Positions 1-9,572 of a stretch of DNA of 20,000 nucleotides are shown here, one piece after another (the stretch's first letter is position 1; every line of letters starts with the position of its first letter). The position numbers and the translations under genes were made by a program. The stretch comes from Chiloscyllium plagiosum (Eukaryota). The notes below the pieces were generated by a model. That model saw only the letters and a list, made by a program, of their open reading frames with translations, had not been told where the DNA came from and ran no database searches. The stretch spans positions 9,479,388 to 9,499,387 of the forward strand of contig NC_057753.1 in the NCBI RefSeq assembly GCF_004010195.1, given 5' to 3'.

Positions 1-97
1 CCCTGTGCCTCGACGTTTTTTTCCTTTTGAAGTTTGCTCAACTTTGTATGTCTTTTTTCCAGGGTAGAGGAAATCCAAAACTAGAGGACAGTGTTTT

Positions 98-128
98 CGG
101 GTTGGGTTGGGTTGGGTTGGGGGTGGGG
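98..128 (+). repeat. (GGGTT)n/(GGGGT)n microsatellite expanded inside the LINE
   Basis: Direct reading: gggttgggttgggttgggttgggggtgggg. Confidence 0.9.
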
Positions 129-239
129 AGATTTAAAAGGATCCCAAGGGGTAACTTTTTCACGCAGAGGGTGGGTGCGTGTATGGAATAAACTGCTGGG
201 GGAAGTGGTGGAGGCTGGTACAATGACAACTTTTAAAAG

Positions 240-450
240 TCATGATTTGGAAATGTGGGTGTTGAACTGGGGTGAACAAGGTTTAAAAAAAAAATCACAA
301 CACCAGGTTATAGTCCAACAGGTTTATTTGGAAGCACTAGCTTTCGGAGCGCTACTCCTTCATCAGGTGATTGTGGAGAATAAGATTGTAAGACACAGAA
401 TTTATAGCAAAAGTTTACAGTGTGATGTAACTAATATATATTGAAAAAGT
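240..450 (-). mobile_element. Penelope-like terminal repeat, family B (hammerhead-bearing)
   Basis: Same repeat as 8581-8705 (opposite strand) and 17478 onward; shares cacaacaccaggttatagtccaacaggttta and contains a hammerhead core. Confidence 0.7.
335..369 (-). ncRNA. Minimal type I hammerhead ribozyme motif (intact core)
   Basis: Minus strand reads cac-CTGATGA-a-ggagt-agc-gctcc-GAAA-gcTA-gtg: conserved core, stem II, palindromic AGCT stem III, 3-bp stem I (cac/gtg). Confidence 0.75.
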
Positions 451-873
451 TTTTGGGGTTATGTTTGGCGTGGACTAGTTGGACGAAGGGTCTGTTTCGG
501 CGCTGTCGGACTGTGCGACTCTATATCTGCAAAGAACCTAGAAATTTAATTCCAGCTTTCAGGGGCACTGAGATATTATGTTATGAGACAGTGTTATAGG
601 TTATCTTTATTAACTCGTTCACCCGCTCGCTATATCCATTAATACCGGATTTCCATTCATTCATAAAACCGCAGTTCTATAGTATCCAAAATTTTAAAAC
701 AACTTTTTCAAACCCATCACTGCATTTCCACACCTTATCAGCCCCTACCACAAGCAGTGTTTACCTCAGCATACAGAACAATACTGTCCCCATCAAGTCT
801 CCACTAAACATTACCTGTTAAATACCTTTTAAAGTATGTCCCTTTAAGAAACTAACTGACAAAATAGCGCTTT

Positions 874-1260
874 CACTGTTTTGATCACACAGCACTGACC
901 CTTGATGTGAAGGGCAGTGCTTGTCACTGGCCACCCGGGTGTTTTCCTATCTTCCTGGTGGTGGAAATTGAATAAAGATTGGTGCACTTTGTGTCTTTCA
1001 CTGTGTCTCACACCTGCACACACACACCATGGGTGCTGGGGATAAAATAAGCACTACCGCACTTAGGGGGTAGTGTGGGGGTTAAAAAAGAAAGGAAAAA
1101 AAAATATATATAAAAAAAAAGTGAAAAAAAAATAAACAGGAGAAACAGGGGAAAAATTTTAAAAAAGGGAAGTGTCACTGCCCTCTAATAAAGAAAAGAA
1201 GAAAAAAAAAGACAAAAAAAAATATAAACAGGAGATTTTTGATTTAGTCCCTACCAAGAA
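874..1260 (+). mobile_element. 5'-truncated non-LTR retroposon 3' end (probably L1/Tx1-type) with A-rich tail and 15-bp target-site duplication
   Basis: acaaaatagcgcttt at 859-873 and 1261-1275; AATAAA at 971-976; hairpin cactacc/ggtagtg at ~1052-1075; A-rich tail 1084-1230. Family assignment is inference. Confidence 0.75.
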
Positions 1261-1498
1261 ACAAAATAGCGCTTTTATGAAATTGCGCGAATGAATGAAG
1301 CTCGTACCGGCAAATAGCAAATAAATCTCACCACCCAGCTGCAGTAATCAGTTTAATATCATTTATTCTATTATTACAATTTTTAACTTCGAGCACATAG
1401 GCCTAGTATTAATATTTTAACATTTACTCATTTAAGTGAAAAGACAAACGAACTAACACCTGATTATGCAAGCAGACTGGTCAGACATCCCATCAGGA

Positions 1499-1701
1499 AT
1501 CCAGATCGGAATGGTGCTGGAAAAGCACAGGAGGTCAGGCAGCCTCCAAGGAGCAGGAAAATTGACTTTTCGGGCAAAAACCCTTCATGAGGAGGGATTT
1601 TCCTGGTCCTCGGAATCTGTCTGACCAGTTATGCTTTTCCAGCACCACTCTAATCTTGACTCTGATCTCCAGCATCTGCAGTCCTCACTTTCATCTAATG
1701 T
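1499..1701. mobile_element. Fold-back Penelope-derived element, family A, with 12-bp target-site duplication
   Basis: Diverged inverted arms (gtgctggaaaagca ... tgcttttccagcac); atcccatcagga at 1487-1498 and 1702-1713; homologous to 6742-6938 and 12678-12900. Confidence 0.8.
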
Positions 1702-1994
1702 ATCCCATCAGGAGTAGCAGCCAGCATTTAGCACGTTTTTAACCCATCTCCTGTCTGCCAGGCCAGAAGTCCTTCAAACCATTGTGTACTACAGATTAAA
1801 AATGTAACACAAGAGTAATGATAAGTAAGAACTGTGTAAAAAGGGGCTCTTGTAAGAACTGTATTTCGGGATTCAATTGCCGCCTCGACCTTGTGCTGTG
1901 AATGCTGAATAAAGAGGCTAATTTCACCACTCACCGATTTCAGTCGTTATTTGAACATGATCCCACACCAGTTTAAAGTTGAGTCAGTTTTGGC

Positions 1995-2110
1995 AGACTG
2001 GCCTTCATCAGTCAGGGCTTTGAGTCTACAAGCTGGGAAGTTATGTTGCAGTTATACAGGATGTTGGTGAGGCCGCACTTGGAGCATTGTGCTCAGTTTT
2101 GGTCACCTTG
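1995..2110 (+). mobile_element. CR1-type ORF2 fragment
   Basis: Translates as AFISQGFESTSWEVMLQLYRMLVRPHLEHCAQFWSP, matching SFIGQSIEYRSWEVMLWLYRTLVRPLLECCVQFWSP in ORF 11779-12120. Confidence 0.85.
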
Positions 2111-2297
2111 GTGTCGTGTGACTTCTGACTTCAACTCTGGGTTTGTGTCAAATTTGATGGGATACTTTATCCAGTTCAGTATATTTAAACAGTATCACTT
2201 GGAGGGAAGCATTTGAAACCTTTCAGGAGGTGAGCTCAACTAGATTGAGCTCTACAAAAAGTTATTTGGACTCAATTTTACACCAGGACTGGTAGTC

Positions 2298-2503
2298 AGA
2301 TGTACAGAACAGAAACAGTTCTGGACTCCCTCACCTCCAAGGAAAATAGTGTTTATCCTATCCATGCCCTTCATGATTTTAGAAGCCTCTATAAGGTCAC
2401 CCCTCAGCCTCTGATGCTCCAGGGAAAACAGCCCCAGTCTGTTCAGCCTCTCCCTGTAGCTCAAACCCTCCAACCCCCAGCAACATCCTGGTAAATCGTT
2501 TCT
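2298..2503 (-). mobile_element. CR1-type LINE 3' fragment with internal deletion
   Basis: ORF EGLSYRERLNRLGLFSLEHQRLRGDLIE, the CR1 ORF2 C-terminal motif. Confidence 0.9.
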
Positions 2504-2668
2504 GATGGAGAAATTAACATTTCGGGTAGAACCCTTCAGTCCTGAACGGATAATACTTGAAATGCTGACTTCTCCACCTCCTGGTGCTGCCTGGCTTGCT
2601 GTGTTCTCCCAGCCTCCTGCTTGTCTACTTCGGATTCCAGCATCCAGAGTTTTTTTTTTGTTTCTAAT
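2504..2668 (+). mobile_element. Penelope-like terminal repeat, diverged family, partly palindromic
   Basis: catttcgggtagaacccttcag followed by ctgaa...gaaatgctgacttctcc; downstream tgctgcctggcttgctgtg...ccagcatc resembles the family A arm. Confidence 0.55.
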
Positions 2669-2796
2669 GAATAGTAGAGCAGGCTCAATGGGCTAAATGG
2701 TGTAACCTCTGCTCCGATGGTCTTGCGGACTTAGGTTTGTGTGAGAACGTGTAGTCCTGGGCTCAATGAGCAGCAATGCCCACTGGAAGCAAAGTT

Positions 2797-3155
2797 CATA
2801 GAATCACAGAAACCCTAAAGTGGAAACAGGCCCTTCGGCCCAACAAGTCCGCACTGATCCTCTGAAGAGTAAACCACCCAGATGCATTCTCCTACTCTAT
2901 TACTCCACATTTCCCCCCTGATTAATGCACCACATCTACACATCCCTCAGCACTATGGGACAATTTAGCTTGGCTAATTCATCCTAACCTGCACATCTTT
3001 GGACTGTGGGAGGAAACTGGAACATCTGGAGGAAATCCACACAGACATGAGGGGCGAACATGCAAACTCCACAGCACTGACTGTCACCCTGAGGGTGGAA
3101 TCGAACCCAGGTCGCTAGCCCCGTGAGACAGCAGTGCTAACCACTGAGCCACCCT
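2797..3155 (-). mobile_element. HE1-like V-SINE (tRNA head, V domain, LINE-derived tail), near full length
   Basis: Minus strand: ggtggctcagtggttagcactgctg (A box), gggttcgattcc (B box), tgtggagtttgcatgtt (V domain), tail ttgggccgaagggcctgtttccac. Confidence 0.9.
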
Positions 3156-3281
3156 TGAGCCAGCTTGGGGTTGGGGGGAGGAGAAGTCTGGCAGAAATCA
3201 AAATAAGACCCACAGACTCTCCCACTACCCCCACCATCAGAATGGGCAGGGGTTCAGTCCTGGCGGCAACCCACAGCAGCA

Positions 3282-3560
3282 TCACCGGGAGTGCTGGTGC
3301 CTCTGCAAGCTGCAGGGGAATGTGAATATTCACCTGCACTCAGGGCAGCTGAACAGCCTCTCCCCAGTGTGGACCTGCTGGTGCCTCAGCAAGTGGGAGG
3401 GACTGTTGAAGGCCTTCCCACACTCGGGGCAGAAGAATGGTCTTTCCCTGGTGATACTGCACCGATAAGACTCCAGAGCAGATGGGTCAAAAAAGCCTCT
3501 CCTGCAGTCACCGCACTTTCACGGTTTCTCCACGGGGCCAGATTCTTCGGGTTTCTCCAT
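3282..3560 (-). pseudogene. C2H2 zinc-finger pseudogene (3 fingers), paralog of 15753-16889
   Basis: Manual translation: [91 protein letters not shown]-to-stop at 3519-3521, second internal stop, lost His ligands. Confidence 0.9.
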
Positions 3561-3809
3561 GGCCGAAGCTTCAGCCGCCACACAAACACATGTACCGTCT
3601 CTCCCTGCCGTGAATTCCTCTTTCCAGGCTATATACCTGTTTCAGGCTCCACACTCAGTGCACTGCAACAGTAGGGTCTCTCATCCAGTCCCATTGATGC
3701 GGAAAATGTACTCAAACAGGAACCAAAAAGCTTTGCTCCTTCTCACAGAATCACAGTCAAAAATCACTGCAGTCCCAGTGTCCCAATGTCACTGTCAGAC
3801 ATTGATGTG

Positions 3810-3930
3810 AAAGTGAGGACTGTAGATGCTGGAGAGTCAGTCTAAACGTGTGGCACTTTTCCAGCACAACAGGTCAGGCAGCGTCCGAGGACCAAGAGAG
3901 TCGATGTTTCGGGCATAAACACTTCATCTG
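3810..3930 (-). mobile_element. Single family A Penelope-like arm, shared with the paralogous locus at 15388-15510
   Basis: aaagtgaggactgtagatgctggag...caggtcaggcagc...gtttcgggcataaacacttcatctg; identical flanking context in both copies. Confidence 0.75.
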
Positions 3931-4046
3931 TTGATTTTGAATCTCTCTCTCTCTCCCCCTCTAATTCTCCTGAAGGTGCTGATGCAGAATCTTACAAAAG
4001 GCAGCAAAGTAAAAACGTCAGGACTGCCATCTCTGAATTTTAGGTA

Positions 4047-4568
4047 AAAACAATGATTGCAGATGCTGGAAACCAGATTCTGGATCAGTGGTGCTGGAAG
4101 AGCACAGCAGTTCAGGCAGCAACCAAGGAGCAGCGAAATCGACATTTCAGGCAAAAGCCCTTCATCAGGAATAAAGGCAGAGAGCCTGAAGCGTGGAGAT
4201 AAGCTAGAGGAGGGTGGGGATGGGTAGGGGAGAAAGTAGCATAGAGTACAATAGGTGAATGGGGGAGGGGATGAAGGTGATAGGAGAGGGTGGAATGGAT
4301 AGGTGGAAAAGGAGATAGGCAGGTAGGACAAGTCTGGACAAGTCATGGGGACAGTGCTGAGCTGGAAGTTTGGAACTAGGGTGAGGTGGGGGAAGGGGAA
4401 ATGAGGAAACTGTTGAAGTCCACATTGATGCCCTGGGGTTGAAGTGTTCCGAGGTGGAAGATGAGGCGTTCTTCCTCCAGGTGTCTGGTGGTGAGGGAGC
4501 GGTGGTGAAGGAGGCCCAGGACCTCCATGTACTTGGCAGAGTGGGAGGGGGAGTTGAAATGTTGGGCC
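4047..4568 (-). mobile_element. 5'-truncated Penelope-like retroelement: GIY-YIG endonuclease C-terminus, 3' UTR and hammerhead-bearing repeat
   Basis: AQHFNSPSHS...LEEERLIFHLGTLQPQGINVDFNSF fits the PLE ORF C-terminus; hammerhead core at ~4138-4172; segment absent from the paralog at ~15119. Confidence 0.85.
4138..4172 (-). ncRNA. Minimal hammerhead ribozyme motif (family A)
   Basis: Minus strand: attc-CTGATGA-a-gggc-tttt-gcct-GAAA-tGTC-gat. Confidence 0.65.
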
Positions 4569-4759
4569 AACTCCACCTGAAAGTTAATATCTTTCATGAC
4601 ATTGGGATACTGCTGAGAGTGAGCAGTGCACCTTCTTGAGAAACAACTAGACATAAAATGGTTAACGTCCCTGGGGGTTGGTGAATGAGACATCAAGGCA
4701 TTGACACCAACACCAGAGAGCAACTGAATATACAGACGTGGCAAACATTGGTGGCAGGC

Positions 4760-5345
4760 TAGAGTTATAGAGATATACAACACAGAAACAGTCCCTTTGG
4801 TCAAACTTGACCATGCCGACCAGATATCCGAACCTAATTTGGCCCTAATTTGCCAGCATTTGGCCCATATCCCTCTGAGCCCTTCCTATTCATTTACCGA
4901 TCCAGATGCCTTTTAAATGTCAGAATTGCACCAGCCTGCATTACTTCTTCTGGCAGCTCATTCCTTACATGCACCACCTTCTGCATGAAAATGTTGCCCC
5001 TTGACTCCCTTTTAAATCTTTGCCCCCCTCACGCTAAACATATTACCCTCTAGTTCTGGACATCCGCCATTCCAGGGAAAAGACCTTGTCTGTCTACCCT
5101 ATCCATGCCAGTCATGATTTTATAACTGTGTATCAGGTCACCTTGCAGCTTCCGGCGCACTAGTGAAAACAGCTCAAACCCTGAAACCCTGGTAACATCC
5201 TTGTCAATCTTTTCTGAACCCTTTCAAGTTTCACAACATCGTCCTGATAGGAGGGAGACCAGAACTGCACATAATATTCCAAAAGTGGCCTAACCAATGT
5301 TCTGTGCAGCCACAACACAACCTCCCAACTCCTATACTCAAAGGA
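4760..5345 (-). mobile_element. CR1/HER1-type LINE 3' end, decayed
   Basis: Reverse-complement similarity to 9055-9572 and direct similarity to 11450-12050. Confidence 0.9.
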
Positions 5346-5444
5346 TTGGGAAAGTTTTCAAAGCCCACAAAAGACAACAGGAAAGAATGGAGGGACAAGC
5401 TGAACTGTTGAGGGTCAGCTTGGAAGTATCAATGCCTGAGGGCA

Positions 5445-5496
5445 GGGGGTGGGGTGGGGTGGGGTGGGGTGGGGTGGGGTGGGGGTGGGGGTGGGG
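5445..5496 (+). repeat. (GGGGT)n microsatellite, G-quadruplex-capable
   Basis: About ten G4-5 runs separated by single T. Confidence 0.95.
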
Positions 5497-5534
5497 AAGG
5501 AAGCCAAATGTGCTGGAGCCAGGGGGAAAACAAG

Positions 5535-5827
5535 AAATTAGAATGCCTGCAATGTGGAAACAGACCCTTCAGCCCCACATGTCCACACCGACCCTCCGAA
5601 GTGTATTCCACTCAAACCCAGTCCCCTACCCTAGGACTCTACATTTACTCCTAACTAACCCATCCTGAACACTATGGACAACTTAGCACGGCCAATTCAC
5701 CCTAACCTGCACACACTGGGAGAATGTAGAAACTCCACACAGACAGAGTCACCTGAGGCTGGAATCGAATCCGGGTCCCTGGCGCTGTGAGGCAGTAGTG
5801 CTAACCACTGAGCCACCACGCCTTCCC
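5535..5827 (-). mobile_element. HE1-like V-SINE with internal deletion
   Basis: Same head (ggtggctcagtggttagcact) and tail as 2797-3155. Confidence 0.9.
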
Positions 5828-6002
5828 TTTCCATTCCCTACCAAGTCACATAGCTCAAGTTCAAGCAAAGCACTGTGTTTAATTTTAGCTTCACATTCAC
5901 TGAACCTTCCTCCCGTGTAATACACTATTTCCCTCCCCTACCTCATCCCTGGGAAATGCAAAGAGTTGTGAAACTCTGGAGCTGGGTGACTGCCACATTG
6001 AA

Positions 6003-6340
6003 TTCTTACAGTGCGGGAACAGGCCATTTGGCCTAACAGGTCCACACAAACCCTCCAAAGAGTAACCTGCCCACACCTATTCCCTTACCACTCGACACTT
6101 ACCCCTGATTAACGCACCCACCCTGCACACTCATGGGCATTTAGCATGGCCAATACATCCTAACCTGCACATCTTTGGATTATGGGAGGAAACTGGAGAA
6201 CCTGGAAGAAACCCACACAGACATGGTGGGGGGGGGTAGAACGTGCAAACTCCACACAGACAGTCGCCCCAAGGAATTGATTCCGGGTCCCTGACGCTGT
6301 GAGGCAGCAATGCTAACCACTGAGCCATGGTGCTGCCCCT
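6003..6340 (-). mobile_element. HE1-like V-SINE, near full length
   Basis: Minus strand gggcagcaccatggctcagtggttagcattgctgcctcacagcg, V domain and tail. Confidence 0.9.
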
Positions 6341-6741
6341 ATGTGCTGGAAGAGGTGGAGGCTGGGACCTCTATTGACTGTACCGCACAATGAATTGTTG
6401 AATAAGGTTAAATCGCATGCGATCCGGGGAGAGCTCGTCAACTGGGTACAAAATTTAGGAGCGCATTGCTACAGATGCTGGAATCTCTCCTGAAAACAAC
6501 AAATGCTGGAGATCACAGCGGGTCAGGCAGCGTCTGTTAGGTTCTTTTTTGGAGTTTCTCACACACTTGACGCCATTGCAACACCAACTTCTGTGAACAA
6601 GCAACCAAATGCATTAAACACAGTACAGTACAGGCTTTCTGGAGGCACCTTTAATGGGGTCATGGCAAAAGCTCTCTCTGAACAAAGGAAACAATTCAAG
6701 TTGATTAAAACTTGGGCAATCTAGGTGACCCCCCCTTTGAT

Positions 6742-6938
6742 GAGAAAGTGAGGACTGCAGATGCTGGAGATCAGAGCTGAAAATGTGTTGCTGGAAAAGC
6801 GCAGCAGGTCTTGCAGCATCCAGGGAACAGGAGAATCGACGTTTCGGGCAAGGGCTTATGCCCGAAACGTCGATTCTCCTGTTCCTTGGATGCTGCCTGA
6901 CCTGCTGCGCTTTTCCAGCAACACATTTTCAGCTCTGA
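6742..6938. mobile_element. Young fold-back Penelope-derived element, family A, with ~16-bp target-site duplication
   Basis: 80-bp inverted arms 6771-6850 and 6859-6938 with 3 mismatches; tga(c)7-8tttgat at 6726-6741 and 6936-6952. Confidence 0.9.
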
Positions 6939-7467
6939 CCCCCCCCTTTGATCCCCATCACAGGCATGTGAGGTTGAGTCAAAGTGAGGCACTCAACAAA
7001 GAAAGCTTATCCCCTTTATCCAGGTCAGTTGCAATGCCCTGATACACTGGCCACTCCCCCACAGTCACATGCTTCTTAAGACAATCCCCAGTTACTCACA
7101 GTCACATGGTACCCCAGGTACAATGGCAGGATGAGCTCATCCTCTGAGTTAACGCTCATGCTAATGCCCCAATCCTGGGGAATCGTTAAACAGATGACTT
7201 CCTTACTCAGTGATTTCCCCAAGACAATGAAGGTATGAGATACCTCTGGCCAGAAAGCATTTCTGAATGAAAGAGATTGAATTGATGGTTAACTTGACAA
7301 TAGCAGGGGAGGAATGTCGAAATGAAGTGCAAATTACAATGGATAGTCATCAGCATTCTTTCATGGCTGTGTCCCCACCCAAAAACAGTGCAGTTTAACG
7401 CTCTAATAGTACATTAATGTACAGAGAGATATTCCTATTTAATCTTTTAACATCACACATCCACACA

Positions 7468-7512
7468 GACAGAGCAAGCTAACATTTCAAGTCCAGATAA
7501 CTCTTCGTCATA
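7468..7512 (-). mobile_element. Decayed hammerhead-bearing Penelope-like fragment, family C
   Basis: Minus strand: tgacga-agagt-tatctgg-actt-gaaa-tgttagc. Confidence 0.45.
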
Positions 7513-7961
7513 GAGATGTATAAAGTCATGGGAGGTGTACATAAGATGAATGGCAGGGGCTTTTCCCTGTGCTGAAACCTTAACACCTTACTGAAATGCA
7601 TATACACCAAATCTTTACGCTCATCCACCTGTTTCATCACCTTCTCAAAAGAACTCAGTAAGGTTTGAGAGGCACGAACTACCCTTCACAAAACTGTGTT
7701 GAATATCCCTAATCAACTTTTTCCTCTCTAGATGATGATTATAAACCCTATCTCTTATAATCCCAACCAAAGTAAGGTTCACAGATATATACTCCCCTTC
7801 TTGAACAAGTGAACAACATCAGCTATCCTTCAGTTCTCTAGCACTATTCCTGTAGACAATGATGACAAAGACTCAACAATCTCCTCCATGGCTTCCCACA
7901 GAACCAGAGGATAAATTCCATCTGGCCCAGGGGACTTATTGTTAACACCTCCTCCATTTGT

Positions 7962-8193
7962 GGGCAGCACAGTGGCACAGTGGTTAGCACTGCTGCCTCA
8001 CAGCGCCAGAGACCCGGGTTCAATTCCCACCTCAGGCAACTGTGTGGAGTTTGCATGTTCTCCCAATGTCTGCGTGGGTTTCCTCCGGGTGCTCCGGTTT
8101 CCTCCCACAGTCCAAAAACATGCAGGTTAGGTGAATTGGCCATGCTAAATTACCCGTAGTGTTAGGTGTAGGGGAATGGGTCTGGGTGGGTTG
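7962..8193 (+). mobile_element. HE1-like V-SINE lacking its 3' tail, nested in the LINE
   Basis: gggcagcacagtggcacagtggttagcactgctgcctcacagcgccagagacccgggttcaattccc, V domain; LINE sequence resumes at ~8194. Confidence 0.9.
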
Positions 8194-8580
8194 CACTTCA
8201 ATCCCAACTAGTCTAGCAGCATATATCTCAGTATTCTCCTCGACTACGTTGTATATTTCCAGTGTGAATACTGATGAAAAGTTTTCATTTAACACTTCCC
8301 CTCTCTCCTCTGACTCCACACATAACTTCCCACTACTATGCTTGATTGGCCCTAATCTTACTCTCGTCATTCTTTCATTCCTGATATAGCTATAGAAAAC
8401 CTTAGGGTTTTCCTTTATCCTATCCGCCAATGACTTCTCACATCCCCTCCTGGCTCTTCTTAGCTCTCTCTTTAGTTCTTTCCTGGCTAACTTGTAACTC
8501 TCAAGCACCCTAAATGAGCCATTATATCTCATCCTAACAAAAGCCTTCTTTCTCTTGCCAAGAGATTCAACTTCCTTAGC

Positions 8581-8705
8581 AGGTGATGAAGGAGCGTCGC
8601 TCCGAAAGCTAGTGTGCTTCCAATTAAACCTGTTGGACTATAACCTGGTGTTGTGTGATTTTTAACTTTGTACACCCCAGTCCAACACCGGCATCTCCGA
8701 ATCAT
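8581..8705 (+). mobile_element. Penelope-like terminal repeat, family B, starting at the hammerhead core
   Basis: gTGATGA-a-ggagc-gtc-gctcc-GAAA-gcTA-gtg then cttccaattaaacctgttggactataacctggtgttgtg; reverse complement of 240-370. Confidence 0.75.
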
Positions 8706-9053
8706 TCTAAATCTTGCACAATTGCATTGTAATTGCCTTACTATAACTCATGCCCTGCGGTATATACCTATCCCTTTCCATCACTAAAGTAAACATAACT
8801 GAATTGTGGTCACTATCACCAAAGTGCTCACCTATCTCCAAACCTGGCCGGGTTCATTCCCCAGTATCAAATCTAATGTGGCCTTGCCCCTTGTTGGCCT
8901 ATCTATATACTGTGTCAGGAAACCCTCCTGCACATCCTTCCTCAAACATCCTCAAACATCCTTCCTGCAACCGTAATACTGTCCTTGACTAACAATGCCA
9001 TACCACCCCGTCTTTCACCATATTCTCTGTTCTTATGGAAACATCTTAAGTCC

Positions 9054-9572
9054 TTCAACTATTGGAAAGATGTTGTGAAACTTGAAAGGGTTCAGAAAAG
9101 ATTTACAAGGATATTGCCAAGGTTGGAGGATCTGAGGTACAGGGAGAGGCTGAACAGGCTGGGGCTGTTTTCTCTGGAGCGTCGGAGGCTGAAGGGTGAC
9201 TTTATGGAGGTTTACAAAATTATGAGGGGCATGGATAGGATAAATAGACAAAGTCTTTTCCCTGGGGTCGGGGAGTCCAGAACTAGAGGACATAGGTTTA
9301 GGGTGAGAGGGGAAAGACATAAAAGAGACCAAAGGGGCAACTTTTTCACGCAGAGGGTGGTACGTGTATGGAATGAGCTGCCAGAGGATGTGGTGGAGGC
9401 TGGTACAATTGCAACATTTAAGAGGCATTTGGATGGGTATATGAATAGGAAGGGTTTGGAGGGATATGGGCTGGGCGCTGGTAGGTGGGACTAGGTTGGG
9501 TTGGGATATTTGGTCGGCATGGACAGGTTGGACCGAAGGGTCTGTTTCCATGCTGTACATCTCTATGACTCT
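9054..9572 (+). mobile_element. Younger 5'-truncated CR1/HER1 insertion, ORF2 C-terminus still open, complete 3' tail
   Basis: Uninterrupted KDVVKLERVQKRFTRILP...GNFFTQRVVRVWNELP...FKRHLD...GRWD* ending at 9494; tail ctctatgactct. Confidence 0.92.

Larger units (their letters stand above)
45..525 (+). mobile_element. Decayed CR1/HER1-type LINE 3' end, interrupted by a Penelope-like repeat at ~240-450
   Basis: 45-240 resembles the intact CR1 3' end at 9250-9425 (ctttttcacgcagagggtg...gtggtggaggctggtacaat); 455-525 resembles the LINE tail (ttggacgaagggtctgtttc...gactctat). Confidence 0.8.

Noticed and set aside
98..128. Interstitial telomeric repeat
   Set aside because: Unit is GGGTT/GGGGT, not TTAGGG; it sits where the LINE has a ggttt-agggt seed.
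1740..1990. Possible solo LTR (TATA-like element, AATAAA at 1908-1913)
   Set aside because: No second copy, clear TG...CA ends or target-site duplication could be identified by eye.
6771..6938. miRNA precursor or DNA-transposon MITE
   Set aside because: Arms are a dispersed repeat related to the end of the Penelope element at 4047-4568; duplications are long and variable, and the arms are asymmetric.
6540..7460. Possible endogenous retrovirus fragment with polypurine tract (reverse of cccccctttgat)
   Set aside because: The tract is not followed by an LTR-start TG and no gag/pol/env similarity was recognised; left unclassified.
7962..8035. tRNA gene
   Set aside because: A and B boxes continue into a V domain and recur four times; these are SINE heads.
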